64,000 bases of DNA from Minisyncoccota bacterium (GTDB lineage: Bacteria; Patescibacteriota; Minisyncoccia; Phycocordibacterales; PALSA-1337), in contig DATJGJ010000010.1 of the NCBI GenBank assembly GCA_035495115.1, forward strand, positions 2,407-66,406, read 5' to 3'. This document shows, piece by piece, positions 29,255 through 39,352 of the stretch. The notes under the pieces are model-generated. The model had not been told where the DNA came from and did not search any database. It worked only from the letters and a program-made list of their open reading frames with translations. Within the stretch, counting starts at the first letter, position 1, and the number at the start of each line of letters is the position of its first letter. Both the position numbers and the translations under genes were made by a program.

Positions 29255-31120
29255 TTGTTCTTTATGAACGTACAACAAACAGGGAATGATGCTATGAGAT
29301 ATACGGCTACGCTCGCACTCTTGATGGGGATGGCATTTATGCTTCCTTCATTCAGCGGAGCTGTCATGGGTGTAGGTGCTTCTGACGCGTCGATCAATGC
29401 GGCAGCAGCAGTCACTTCGCTTTCTGTGACAAACAACAAGTCGATAAAATGTCCCGCAGGCTATACCTGTATCCCAAATCCAGTACCATTTTCAGATGTT
29501 ACTGCGAAAGTAACAGGGGATCCAAAGTTAGTGTTGACCTATGATTCAAACAATAAAGAAGCACTGCTCACTGCAAAATTTAATGTGACTGTTGATGGAG
29601 GAAAAAATGGAGTATACGTATATCAATATCCATATATCAGCTTTCACGATGCATCAGGCAATAATTCATATGTAAATACACAACGCAATTTGCCACTTCT
29701 CCCTGTTACAAAGATGGAAATGAAAACCGATAGCTACGGTCAGGTGGTTTATTGGGTAGCGCCAAATCGTCAAGCGAAATTTATCGCATTGGGAAGCGTA
29801 AATCCAAAGTCCCTTCTTTCTGGTTCATACACCGCATCTCTTGATGTGTTGATAGGTGAGAACTCGCTCACCAGTCCCTCTGGATTCAAGATTCCAGTAA
29901 GTCAGAACCAAACAAATTCAAAGACAATCATCGGCGAAACTTCTCCTTATATTTCTAGTATATCTCCATATCAAGCAAATGCGGGAGATAAGGTTACAAT
30001 ATACGGCCAGCGCCTAAATGCGGGAACAGTATATATAGATGGCGCGGTCATGTCTGGAGTCTTCGTTGGCAGTGCTCTTGATGGTACAGCTATGTGGTTC
30101 AATATTCCATCAACTCTTGCTACAGGATGGCATATCCTCACAGTTAGTAATGCTGATGGTATGAGTAATGGTGTTGGATTGGAGATTATTACACCTGTTT
30201 CAGTTGCTTCGATCGATGTTTCACTCGATCCCTCAAGTCCAATTGCAACAACAGTAGCAAGTACAAGTAGTGTACCTTTACTGGTTTTTGATCTAACTGC
30301 GCATGGCGGTATAGTGAATCTGTCTGGTGTCACCGTATCATTGTCAGTTTCTGGTGCAAATGGTAGTTCAGGTAGCTTAACTAAGGCATATTTGTATCGA
30401 GGTTCTGTTCTCGTGGGCACAACTGTTGTCACAAGCAGTCCTGAAACCGGAAGTATTGCTAAGTTCGATACTCAAAATATGCAGTTGCCTGCTGATGTAC
30501 ATGTTCCATTTGTTGTAAAAATCGACGCTGTTCCTGGTTCAAGTGGTATAACGTTGAGTGCTAGCGTAAACCCTGTAGCAGTGATGGCGACAGATTCAAG
30601 TGGTTCAACAATTAGTCCTACTGGTGGAGCAAGCGGTAGTACTATCACTATAATAGGTCCAGCCGCTACTTCTCCAGCACTCTCAAATATGTCAGCAAGT
30701 CTCGGTGCCGCGGTTGGTGATTCGAGTGGTATTATTTTGTACCCTGCAAAGTTTAATTTCACGCTTACAGCTGCCAATGCGTCGATTTATCTACTCACAA
30801 CAACATCAACAACTACAGGTCAAATAAATTCAATTAAGTTCGCTACAACGTTAGCAGATAACGATATGTTGCCAACCATCGCATCACTCGATGCTCAACC
30901 GAGCTCATTGGCAGGTGATAGTGCAACTTATTACGTTATCCCTGCAGGTACGTCACGTTCATTCTCGCTTTCTACTATGTTAAAAAAGTCAGATGCTCCT
31001 TATCAAACAGGATTAAATGTCGCTCAAGTTACGGAAATTGATTACAGGACAGATCCAACCTCAAAATACGGTTCTCCTCTGTATCCAGTTGACGGTCTTA
31101 AGGTTTTAGTCACTTTTTAG
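29255..31120 (+). CDS. Large secreted or cell-surface protein with an IPT/TIG-like Ig-fold region
   Basis: Signal peptide (MRYTATLALLMGMAFMLPSFSGA). Ser/Thr/Gly/Val-rich beta repeats. ISPYQANAGDKVTIYGQRLNAGTVYIDG...HILTVSNADGMSNG resembles an IPT/TIG domain. Confidence 0.55.
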   Translation: MFFMNVQQTGNDAMRYTATLALLMGMAFMLPSFSGAVMGVGASDASINAAAAVTSLSVTNNKSIKCPAGYTCIPNPVPFSDVTAKVTGDPKLVLTYDSNNKEALLTAKFNVTVDGGKNGVYVYQYPYISFHDASGNNSYVNTQRNLPLLPVTKMEMKTDSYGQVVYWVAPNRQAKFIALGSVNPKSLLSGSYTASLDVLIGENSLTSPSGFKIPVSQNQTNSKTIIGETSPYISSISPYQANAGDKVTIYGQRLNAGTVYIDGAVMSGVFVGSALDGTAMWFNIPSTLATGWHILTVSNADGMSNGVGLEIITPVSVASIDVSLDPSSPIATTVASTSSVPLLVFDLTAHGGIVNLSGVTVSLSVSGANGSSGSLTKAYLYRGSVLVGTTVVTSSPETGSIAKFDTQNMQLPADVHVPFVVKIDAVPGSSGITLSASVNPVAVMATDSSGSTISPTGGASGSTITIIGPAATSPALSNMSASLGAAVGDSSGIILYPAKFNFTLTAANASIYLLTTTSTTTGQINSIKFATTLADNDMLPTIASLDAQPSSLAGDSATYYVIPAGTSRSFSLSTMLKKSDAPYQTGLNVAQVTEIDYRTDPTSKYGSPLYPVDGLKVLVTF

Positions 31121-31140
31121 ACATAAAACTCTAATGCAAA

Positions 31141-31173
31141 AAACCGCTAAAGCACAATTTTAGCGGTTTTTTT
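31141..31173. terminator. Bidirectional rho-independent terminator
   Basis: aaccgctaaa-gcacaa-tttagcggtt perfect 10-bp stem with an A-run upstream and a T7 run downstream. Confidence 0.55.
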
Positions 31174-31193
31174 GTGCTCGAGTGGGGTTATAT

Positions 31194-31222
31194 TTGACAA
31201 CTTCACCCTCTATTGCTAATAT
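31194..31222 (+). promoter_or_regulatory. Sigma70-like promoter for tuf (TTGACA-17-TAATAT)
   Basis: TTGACA at 31194-31199, a 17-nt spacer, then TAATAT at 31217-31222. Confidence 0.45.
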
Positions 31223-31358
31223 GGCTGAATTCGCCTACCTGGCGTTTTATTAGTCATCCGACTGATAATTTATAAACTATTAATAACTTTATCTTTATCT
31301 TTTGATGTTTGGCATCACGCCTAAACGTAAAAAGGTAAAGCACTAAACAAATAATACT

Positions 31359-32549
31359 ATGGCAGCAGCAGAATTTAATCGTACCAAGCCTCACGTTAAC
31401 GTAGGCACAATCGGTCACGTTGACCACGGAAAGACAACTCTTACTACAGCTATCCTCGCCGTTCAGGCGAAGAAAGGTCTTGCTCAAAACAAGGCATATG
31501 CTGATATTGCAAAGGGTGGAACAGTTCGTGACGCTTCAAAGATCGTTACTATCTCTCTCGCGCACGTTGAATACGAGTCTCCTACTCGTCACTATGCGCA
31601 CATCGACGCTCCAGGTCACGCCGACTATATCAAGAACATGATTACTGGTGCCGCTCAAATGGACGGTGCAGTTCTCGTCGTATCAGCGCTTGATGGTGTT
31701 ATGCCACAGACACGTGAGCACGTTCTTCTTGCAAAACAAGTTGGTGTGCCTCGTATTGTCGTCTTTTTGAACAAGTGTGATGCAGTTCCAGAAGCTGATC
31801 TTATCGATCTCGTTGAGGAAGAAGTGCGTGAACTCCTCACAAAGCAAGGTTTCGACGGAAAGGGTGCCCCAGTCGTTCGTGGTTCAGCTCTCAAGGCTCT
31901 CGAAGGAGATGCTACATGGGAAGCGAAGATCGGCGAGCTCATGGATGCGTTGGACAACTATATTCCTATGCCAGTTCGTGAGACAGACAAGCCATTCCTC
32001 ATGCCTATCGAAGACATCTTCTCGATTGAAGGTCGTGGAACCGTGGTTACAGGCCGTATCGAGCGCGGTATGATCAAGGTTGGTGAAGAAGTTGAGATCA
32101 TCGGTTTCCGTGATACAACAAAGACAACTATCACTGGTATCGAAATGTTCAACAAGCAGCTCAAAGAAGGAATCGCTGGCGACAACGCTGGTCTCCTCCT
32201 CCGTGGTACAGCAAAGGATGACGTTTCTCGTGGTCAGGTCCTTGCAAAGCCAGGTTCAGTCAAGCCTCACACAGAATTTGAGTCTGAAGTATACGTTTTG
32301 AAGAAGGAAGAAGGTGGTCGCCACACCCCATTCTTTACTGGTTATAAGCCTCAGTTCTACATCCGTACGACAGACGTTACTGGTGAAGTTACACTCGCTG
32401 CAAACGTTGAAATGGTTATGCCAGGTGACACAGTCACATTCAAGGTTAAGCTCGTAGCACCAGTAGCTCTCGAAGAAAAGATGCGTTTCGCTGTCCGTGA
32501 AGGTGGCAAGACCGTCGGTGCAGGTGTCGTAACAAAGATCGTTGCCTAA
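31359..32549 (+). CDS. tuf: Elongation factor Tu
   Basis: [23 protein letters not shown] motifs and a full-length EF-Tu. Confidence 0.95.
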   Translation: MAAAEFNRTKPHVNVGTIGHVDHGKTTLTTAILAVQAKKGLAQNKAYADIAKGGTVRDASKIVTISLAHVEYESPTRHYAHIDAPGHADYIKNMITGAAQMDGAVLVVSALDGVMPQTREHVLLAKQVGVPRIVVFLNKCDAVPEADLIDLVEEEVRELLTKQGFDGKGAPVVRGSALKALEGDATWEAKIGELMDALDNYIPMPVRETDKPFLMPIEDIFSIEGRGTVVTGRIERGMIKVGEEVEIIGFRDTTKTTITGIEMFNKQLKEGIAGDNAGLLLRGTAKDDVSRGQVLAKPGSVKPHTEFESEVYVLKKEEGGRHTPFFTGYKPQFYIRTTDVTGEVTLAANVEMVMPGDTVTFKVKLVAPVALEEKMRFAVREGGKTVGAGVVTKIVA

Positions 32550-32574
32550 ATCCTCTTTATAGAGACTGATTATC

Positions 32575-32946
32575 ATGACTACTGCTAAAGAAACAACAAA
32601 GAAAGCTCCTCGTGCCAAGAAAATCAAGGCAGAAGGGGAAGTCTCTCATCTCCGCATTCGTGTTCGCGCCTATGAGCACAAGATCCTTGACGCTTCACTT
32701 CGTCAGATCATGGATATTGCTTCGAGATACGATGTAACCGTCAACGGCCCAGTACCGCTCCCAACAGAGATCAAGAAGTACACCGTCAACCGTTCATCAT
32801 TCATCGACAAGAACAGCCGTGAACAGTTCGAAATGCGTGTCCACAAGCGCCTCATAGATATTATCAACCCAAATCCAAAGGTTATCGAAGCCCTAACGAA
32901 CTTGAGTCTACCATCTGGAGTCAACATAGACGTAAAGATGATGTAG
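32575..32946 (+). CDS. rpsJ: 30S ribosomal protein S10 (with about 20-aa N-terminal extension)
   Basis: IRVRAYEHKILDAS...GPVPLPT S10 core. Confidence 0.9.
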   Translation: MTTAKETTKKAPRAKKIKAEGEVSHLRIRVRAYEHKILDASLRQIMDIASRYDVTVNGPVPLPTEIKKYTVNRSSFIDKNSREQFEMRVHKRLIDIINPNPKVIEALTNLSLPSGVNIDVKMM

Positions 32947-33032
32947 CTTGAAAAGGGAATAAGAGAAGTAAGGAAAGATGAAAATTTCATTCTTCCCTTA
33001 TTTCATCTTTTCCCTACACTTAAAATACTGAC

Positions 33033-33638
33033 ATGAAATTCATTCTAGGAAGAAAACTGAATATGGCCCAGATATATGACGCTTCTGGCGCTGTTATACC
33101 AGTGACTCTTGTCACAGTACGTGGCAATGTCGTCACTCAAGTACGTACAAAGGATGTTGATGGCTATGAAGCTGTCCAGATTGGTGAGGGATCACGCAAT
33201 CCAGGACGCATCAACAAGGCACAAAAAGGCCAATTCAAGGATTTGGGCAATTTTGCGGCAGTTGCTGAGTTCCGTGTCGATGCCCCAGCGGTAAAGACAG
33301 GGGACAAAGTAGAGCTCTCACAGTTTGCAGTAGGCGACGTAGTCACTGTTTCAGCTATCTCAAAAGGTAAAGGTTTCCAAGGTGTCGTTAAGCGCCATGG
33401 ATTCGGCGGTGGACCACGTTCACACGGCCAGAAGCACTCAGAGCGCGAGCCTGGTTCTATCGGTGGCGGTCTCCGTACCCGTGTTCCAGTCGGCATGCGC
33501 ATGGCAGGTCGTATGGGTAGTGATCGTATTACTGTCAAGAACCTCAAGGTCGCTCATATTGACGCAGACGAAAATGTCATGTATGTTGCTGGAGCAATCC
33601 CAGGAAAGAGAGGTACATTAGTGGAGATCGTAGGTTAA
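33033..33638 (+). CDS. rplC: 50S ribosomal protein L3
   Basis: KLNMAQIYD...GKGFQGVVKRHGFGGGPRSHGQ L3 signature. Confidence 0.95.
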   Translation: MKFILGRKLNMAQIYDASGAVIPVTLVTVRGNVVTQVRTKDVDGYEAVQIGEGSRNPGRINKAQKGQFKDLGNFAAVAEFRVDAPAVKTGDKVELSQFAVGDVVTVSAISKGKGFQGVVKRHGFGGGPRSHGQKHSEREPGSIGGGLRTRVPVGMRMAGRMGSDRITVKNLKVAHIDADENVMYVAGAIPGKRGTLVEIVG

Positions 33639-33652
33639 TCATTTATACCATC

Positions 33653-34321
33653 ATGGAAACAAAAATCTACAATCAAACAGGCAAAGAAGCAGGAAAGTTC
33701 AAACTCCCTGTCGGTATCTTTGACTTGCCATGGAATGCTGACCTCGTCCACGAAGTGGTCCGTCTCATGAACTCAAATTCACGCACAAACGTCGCTCACA
33801 CGAAGACTCGTGGCGAAGTTCGTGGTGGTGGCAAGAAGCCATGGAAGCAAAAGGGTACAGGTCGCGCGCGTCACGGTTCATCACGCTCACCTATCTGGGT
33901 TGGTGGTGGTGTTACCCATGGCCCACGCAATGATCAGAATTTCAATCGTAAGATCAACAAGAAGGTCAAGGATAAAGCTCTTCTTACAGTTCTTTCACGT
34001 AAGTGGAAGGACGGCGAGATCCTCTTTGTCGATGCTATTTCTCTTGCAAAGCCAAAGTCAAAGGATGCACGCGCTATACTTACCGCTTTTGGTTCTATCA
34101 AAGGCTTTGAGAAGGTTGCAACAAAGAAAAAGAATGCAGCTCTCATCGCTTTCGACAAGAGAACAGAGGCTGTCGACAAGAGTTTCAAGAACTTCGGCAA
34201 TATTTCTATCGAAGAATTCCGCAATATCAACCCGGTTTCTTTGATGAATCACTCATATCTTATTGTCGTCAATCCTGAGAATTCACTCAAGACATTATCA
34301 GCTAAGGTTACACAAGCTTAA
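33653..34321 (+). CDS. rplD: 50S ribosomal protein L4
   Basis: 222-aa L4/L1e family, in the conserved S10-operon position. Confidence 0.9.
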   Translation: METKIYNQTGKEAGKFKLPVGIFDLPWNADLVHEVVRLMNSNSRTNVAHTKTRGEVRGGGKKPWKQKGTGRARHGSSRSPIWVGGGVTHGPRNDQNFNRKINKKVKDKALLTVLSRKWKDGEILFVDAISLAKPKSKDARAILTAFGSIKGFEKVATKKKNAALIAFDKRTEAVDKSFKNFGNISIEEFRNINPVSLMNHSYLIVVNPENSLKTLSAKVTQA

Positions 34322-34330
34322 TTTACTACT

Positions 34331-34744
34331 ATGGCATTATTTGGATCAAAAAAGACAAAGACAGAAGTAGTGGAGAAGGCTGCTGCACCAGCTGTTAAGA
34401 AGGCAACAAAGAAAGTTTCTGAAAAGAAATCAACCGCAGTTGCTCCAGTCGTTGCTCATGTTGCACCTATGTCAGCTGCATCTATCATCCTTCGTCCACA
34501 CATTACAGAGAAGTCAGGCATCCTCAGTCAAGGCGGCGTATATACGTTCGTTGTCACGAAAGGAGCCAACAAGCCTTCTATCGCTCAGGCAATCAAAGCT
34601 CTCTACAAAGTAAGCCCAATCAAAGTAACCGTCGTCAATCTTCCTTCAAAGAATGTCTTTGTTCGTGGCAAGAAAGGCGTCGTATCTGGCATACGTAAAG
34701 CAGTTGTCACTTTGAAAGAAGGAGACAAGATCGACTTTGTGTAG
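34331..34744 (+). CDS. rplW: 50S ribosomal protein L23 (Lys/Ala-rich N-terminal extension)
   Basis: ILRPHITEKS...YTFVV core of L23. Confidence 0.85.
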   Translation: MALFGSKKTKTEVVEKAAAPAVKKATKKVSEKKSTAVAPVVAHVAPMSAASIILRPHITEKSGILSQGGVYTFVVTKGANKPSIAQAIKALYKVSPIKVTVVNLPSKNVFVRGKKGVVSGIRKAVVTLKEGDKIDFV

Positions 34745-34801
34745 GCCGCACCACGAATACGCCACACGAATTAGAACAAATTCAATTTAAATTATAAAAA
34801 C

Positions 34802-35653
34802 ATGAAATCATTCCGCCCAACCTCAAAATCACGTCGTCACATGACTGTTCTCCCATTCAAGGAGTATCTCACAGTCAGCGAGCCATATAAGCCTCTTACC
34901 CACGGTTTCAAGCGTGATGTAGGACGCAATGCGCACGGTCGCATCACTGTTCGTCATCAGGGTGGAGGTCACAAGAAGCTCTATCGCGAGATTGATTTCA
35001 TGTATGACAAAAAGGATGTTATTGCAACGGTGAAGACCATTGAATACGATCCATTCCGTACTGGTTATATCGGTCTTGTTGCATACAAGGATGGTGAGAA
35101 GCGCTACGTTCTCCTCCCAAAGACCATGAAGGTCGGCAACTCATTCATCGTTTCTGAGAATGCGCCTGTTACTACTGGTAACCGTCTTCCACTCAAAAAG
35201 ATTCCTGTCGGCGCTTTCGTTTTTAATATCGAAGTTAAGCCAGGCTCAGGATCAAAGCTTGTTCGCTCAGCTGGTTCATTCGCTCAGGTTATCGCTAATG
35301 ATGCAGGTTATACTCACATCAAGATGCCTTCGACAGAAGTCCGCAAGATTCACGAAGACGCATGGGCATCAATCGGTGCAGTTTCAAACGAAGAAAACCG
35401 CCTCGTTAATGTCGGTAAAGCAGGTCGCTCACGTTGGATGGGTATCCGTCCTACAGTTCGTGGTACTGCTCAGAACCCAGTGGATCACCCATACGGTGGT
35501 GGTGAACAGCGTCAGGGTCGTGGTCTCCGTCGTCTCAAGACACGTTGGGGTAAGCCAGCAGGTAAGGGCCAGAAGACACGCACACCAAAGAAATACTCGA
35601 ACGTCTTTATCGTTTCTCGCCGTCAGGTTGGCAAGAAGAAGACAACTCTCTAA
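34802..35653 (+). CDS. rplB: 50S ribosomal protein L2
   Basis: RNAHGRITVRHQGGGHKK and GTAQNPVDHPYGGGE signatures. Confidence 0.95.
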   Translation: MKSFRPTSKSRRHMTVLPFKEYLTVSEPYKPLTHGFKRDVGRNAHGRITVRHQGGGHKKLYREIDFMYDKKDVIATVKTIEYDPFRTGYIGLVAYKDGEKRYVLLPKTMKVGNSFIVSENAPVTTGNRLPLKKIPVGAFVFNIEVKPGSGSKLVRSAGSFAQVIANDAGYTHIKMPSTEVRKIHEDAWASIGAVSNEENRLVNVGKAGRSRWMGIRPTVRGTAQNPVDHPYGGGEQRQGRGLRRLKTRWGKPAGKGQKTRTPKKYSNVFIVSRRQVGKKKTTL

Positions 35654-35764
35654 TCATGAGAAATGTCGCTCACGGTTTGCACAAGATCTTTGTGAAAGTC
35701 GTAAAAGCGACACTTCACAAGATGGTGATGTTCACTATCACAAAAGAGATTCTCTAAAGAGAAC

Positions 35765-35788
35765 AAAACACCCGAAAGGGTGTTTTTT
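35765..35788 (+). terminator. Rho-independent terminator after rplB
   Basis: aacaccc-gaaa-gggtgtt stem followed by T5. Confidence 0.5.
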
Positions 35789-35904
35789 GTTTCCGCCAAT
35801 AATCATTGACAAATTAGGAATTTCAAGTAGTTTTACAGCAGAACTTGAGGGGTAGCCGCCTCATATTCCAAAACTACAAGGCTACATAAGGAAAGAACAT
35901 TACA

Positions 35905-37122
35905 ATGAGAAAATCATTACTACAACCTGCCGGAGGTAATATCTTCCAGGCAGTCAAAGCTCAACGAGCCGAAGCTGAAAGAGCTGGCATCAAGATCATC
36001 AACCTTACGATTGGACAACCTGCTGGACCTGCCTTTGAAGCAGCCAGAAAGGCGGCTGCTGAGGCGGTCATGTCAGGGGCGGAGAACATGCACGAGTATC
36101 AGGACAACGCTTGTCATCCGTGTCCGGACTTTGCCTCACGTTTTGTCGCGTGCCACGTGTTCCGTGATCTTGAAGGCGCCGCAGTTGAATACTTGCCGAT
36201 CGTTGGCATCAAGCCGACGCTCGATATGGTCATTAAATCTTTGGGCACATGGGATCGTTCGGATGCCAAGCCTGCCCGAGTCTTCACTATGACCAATCCG
36301 GGCTATGGCACCTCCGCCTATGCTTGCAAAGCGATCAAGGGCATCGAGCAGTATCCTTTGCCCATGGATCAGAAGGATTGCTTTCTGTTCGATCCAGAAC
36401 TGATTAGGCTCAAGGAAGGCATCGTTCTTGGGGAAGGCGACATGATTATGTTGAACTTCCCGCACAATCCAACGGGCATCATTGCTCGTGAAGAATGGCT
36501 TCGTTGCTTGTGCGCCTTTTGCGAGTCTCGTGGCATTCGTTTGTTCAACGATGGCGCATATCATATCTTGGCTCACAATGATGATTCAGTGACTCTGGCT
36601 GATGTTGCGATTGATTTTCCCAATCTCAACTGGGCTGAAGCCTTCTCTGCTTCAAAGGCAGGTAACTTCACTGGATGGCGCATCGGTGCGATCGTTGGTT
36701 CGCCGGAGTTCGTGAACGATATCAAACGGATCAAAGGCGAATCTGATAGTGGCTTTGTTGCCTTTGCTGCTGCCGGTGTCTTGGATCAGTTTGAAAAACA
36801 TGGTTCCGACATTGTTCAGCTGCGGGGGCTTTACAAGAAACGTCTCAGGCTCGTAGCGGATACGCTGACTGGGAACGGCATGCGTCTCTCAGTTGAACCG
36901 GAGGCAGGTTTCTTCCTACTCTTCGATAGTCCGTCCTTGGCGTTCGGTCAAGAATGCGCCAATGCTGCTGAATTCAACGCATTGATGATCCAGAAGACAG
37001 GGATCGCCGGTGTCCCATTCGGCAAATGGATTCGTTATGCCATCTGTGCCACTGATGTTGAGGCAGTCATCAACGAAATCGAGGCAGGCTTTATGGTTGC
37101 CGAGGTTGTCTATTATAATTGA
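35905..37122 (+). CDS. PLP-dependent class I/II aminotransferase (DapL or AspC-like)
   Basis: 405 aa with NFPHNPTG, the SASKAGNFTGWRIG PLP-lysine motif, and a higher-GC composition than its neighbours. Confidence 0.7.
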   Translation: MRKSLLQPAGGNIFQAVKAQRAEAERAGIKIINLTIGQPAGPAFEAARKAAAEAVMSGAENMHEYQDNACHPCPDFASRFVACHVFRDLEGAAVEYLPIVGIKPTLDMVIKSLGTWDRSDAKPARVFTMTNPGYGTSAYACKAIKGIEQYPLPMDQKDCFLFDPELIRLKEGIVLGEGDMIMLNFPHNPTGIIAREEWLRCLCAFCESRGIRLFNDGAYHILAHNDDSVTLADVAIDFPNLNWAEAFSASKAGNFTGWRIGAIVGSPEFVNDIKRIKGESDSGFVAFAAAGVLDQFEKHGSDIVQLRGLYKKRLRLVADTLTGNGMRLSVEPEAGFFLLFDSPSLAFGQECANAAEFNALMIQKTGIAGVPFGKWIRYAICATDVEAVINEIEAGFMVAEVVYYN

Positions 37123-37221
37123 TTGTTTCTCCCTCACCTCGCCATCCGGTTTTTACTGGGTGGCGATTTTTAATATAAAAACCGTTCCCAGGGAAGGAAA
37201 CGGTGAGAATGAAGGAAGGCT

Positions 37222-37716
37222 TTAGAAAAAGAGAGGAGGGCTATTTTCCAAGAATGCCTTGAACAGTGCGCCAGCCTTTGCATTGATTTGGATGGCAAAA
37301 GTTTCGGCGGCAATATGGTCATCGTCTCCAGTTTTGAAGCCACTGATTGCAGTAACCAGATTGTTGAAGTAAACGCCGCCAGGAAACCTGAAGTCGCCCT
37401 CACAAATGAGTGCCGGTTTTTTGAACATATCAATGTTCGACATCTTGGTTCGCCAAGCTGCCCGAGCCTTCGCAAATGCGAACTCGCTGTATTTATGTGG
37501 CCATTTTGTTTCTTCCTGCTCACCGAGCGTGCCGCGCCACAATACCTGCGGATCAAGACCACTATCAACTGTTATGACCGGGTCCAATACGATGATGACC
37601 GCCGCGGTCCGACCAGGGACATTGGTGATGTATCTTTTGGTTAAATCAGCGCACTGCTCTTGGAATATTTCCTCAATCATTTCCGCGGTAACGAACTTTG
37701 ATTTTGACATGTTCAA
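37222..37716 (-). CDS. Hypothetical protein (possibly GlcG/DUF336-like)
   Basis: 164-aa ORF inside the higher-GC island. Only a weak resemblance to heme-binding DUF336 proteins. Confidence 0.3.
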   Translation of the reverse strand: MNMSKSKFVTAEMIEEIFQEQCADLTKRYITNVPGRTAAVIIVLDPVITVDSGLDPQVLWRGTLGEQEETKWPHKYSEFAFAKARAAWRTKMSNIDMFKKPALICEGDFRFPGGVYFNNLVTAISGFKTGDDDHIAAETFAIQINAKAGALFKAFLENSPPLFF

Positions 37717-37898
37717 GCCTTTGTTGTTGCCATCGCGTCATGCAATGGATCTGGCGTATTTCTACCTTTTTTGTATCGGTGTGTCAAACACATTTCTTGA
37801 CATTGCCCGAGATAATCAGTAGTCTTGCGACAGACACAGTATCGGCGGTCTGTGTTAAAAACTACCGCTATAACAACGTAATATGGAGAAAATTAGTT

Positions 37899-39206
37899 AT
37901 GCCAATGTCGAAAGACTTCGAAAAACGTTTGTTGGCCATTCTGCCACAAGTCATTGAAAAATTTGGGACACCATTTCACATCTATGATGAGCAGGGGATA
38001 TGCGAAGGCCTTCGTCGCTTGAACGGTGCTTTTGCATCGCACGAGTTGCCGTTCAAAGAATTCTACGCAGTGAAGGCTTTGCCGAAACCTGCCATTATGG
38101 AAATCATCAAGCGGGAAGGTTGCGGTTTCGACTGCAGTTCGATTCCCGAGCTCCGCTTGGCCCGCAACGCCGGCGCACGACCAGGGGACATCATGTTCAC
38201 TTCGAACAACACGTCTTTGAAAGAATTCCGGGAAGCTCTTGATCATGGTGGTTGCATCCTCAATCTCGACGGTATCGAATACATCGAGAAGGTCAAATCG
38301 CTCGGTGCATTTCCGGAGCTTATCTGTTTCCGGCTCAATCCCGGTGACCGTAAGACCGACAATGAAGTAAACTCGATCATTGGGAAGCCGAAGGAATCAA
38401 AGTATGGTGTGCCGATTGAAAATATCGTCACAGCTTACAGGTTGGCAAAGGAGGCCGGCGCAAAATCCTTCGGACTGCACACGATGGTGTGCAGCAATGA
38501 TCGGGACTACAAGCACATGGTTGCCACTTTCAAACTGTTGCTTGAAGTCGCGGAGCAACTTGAGAAAGAGTTGGGTATCGTGCTCGAATTCGTCAATGTC
38601 GGTGGGGGAGTGGGTATTCCATATCGTCCTGACGACACGGAATTCGACATCGAAGCATTCGCCAAGGACTGTTCGGCTCTTGCAGATGAATTCGAGTCGA
38701 AGCACGATTACGTCCCGCGAATCTTTATGGAAAGCGGGCGTTGGGTGACTGGTCAGCATGGCGTTCTGGTTAACCGCGTGATCAATACTTACGACAAATA
38801 CAAGAAGTTCGTGGGTGTTGAAGTGGCGATGCCGGCACTTATGCGACCTGGTATGTATGAAGTGTATCATCATTGCACTCTTCTCAACTCTGACGGGTCG
38901 CCGATCATTGAGGGGAGCCGTCCTCTGGTTCAAGTCACCGTTGCGGGATCAATATGCGAAAATTGTGATGTTCTCGCGCGCGACATTTGGTTGCCGGAAC
39001 CGCACGAAGGCGACCTGATTGTTACGCATACCACCGGGGCACATGGCACGGCGATGTGTTTCAATTATAATGGCAGGACCCGCATCCAAGAGCTGCTCAA
39101 TTACATAATGGGCTACGTTCGTCGCATCTGTCGCGCTGAAACCGATGATGACCTCGAAGTTCGTCATCGCGACCTCGAGGGTGAAGAACACGTTATCAAG
39201 GTTTGA
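37899..39206 (+). CDS. lysA: Orn/DAP/Arg decarboxylase family-2 PLP decarboxylase, most like diaminopimelate decarboxylase LysA
   Basis: FGTPFHIYDE, FYAVKALP (PLP lysine), NVGGGVGIPY, MESGRWV, LMRPGMYEVYHH, VAGSICENCD and THTTGAHG motifs all align to LysA. Start taken at MPMSKDF with a GGAG RBS. Confidence 0.7.
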   Translation: MPMSKDFEKRLLAILPQVIEKFGTPFHIYDEQGICEGLRRLNGAFASHELPFKEFYAVKALPKPAIMEIIKREGCGFDCSSIPELRLARNAGARPGDIMFTSNNTSLKEFREALDHGGCILNLDGIEYIEKVKSLGAFPELICFRLNPGDRKTDNEVNSIIGKPKESKYGVPIENIVTAYRLAKEAGAKSFGLHTMVCSNDRDYKHMVATFKLLLEVAEQLEKELGIVLEFVNVGGGVGIPYRPDDTEFDIEAFAKDCSALADEFESKHDYVPRIFMESGRWVTGQHGVLVNRVINTYDKYKKFVGVEVAMPALMRPGMYEVYHHCTLLNSDGSPIIEGSRPLVQVTVAGSICENCDVLARDIWLPEPHEGDLIVTHTTGAHGTAMCFNYNGRTRIQELLNYIMGYVRRICRAETDDDLEVRHRDLEGEEHVIKV

Positions 39207-39227
39207 CCAATTAACTCTAACTTCACA

Positions 39228-39259
39228 CCGGATCTCCCCACAGGGAAGTCCGGTTTTTT
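39228..39259 (+). terminator. Rho-independent terminator after the island
   Basis: ccgga...tccgg stem followed by T6. Confidence 0.45.
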
Positions 39260-39323
39260 ATTATTCGGTTTCTACGAAAGTTCACCATTCTTTTCAATAT
39301 CCATGAAAATAAGCCTTAAATGC

Positions 39324-39352
39324 TTGACTTCGAAATCTGGCTCTGCTACTAT
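39324..39352 (+). promoter_or_regulatory. Sigma70-like promoter for rpsS (TTGACT-17-TACTAT)
   Basis: TTGACT at 39324-39329, a 17-nt spacer, then TACTAT at 39347-39352. Confidence 0.4.
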
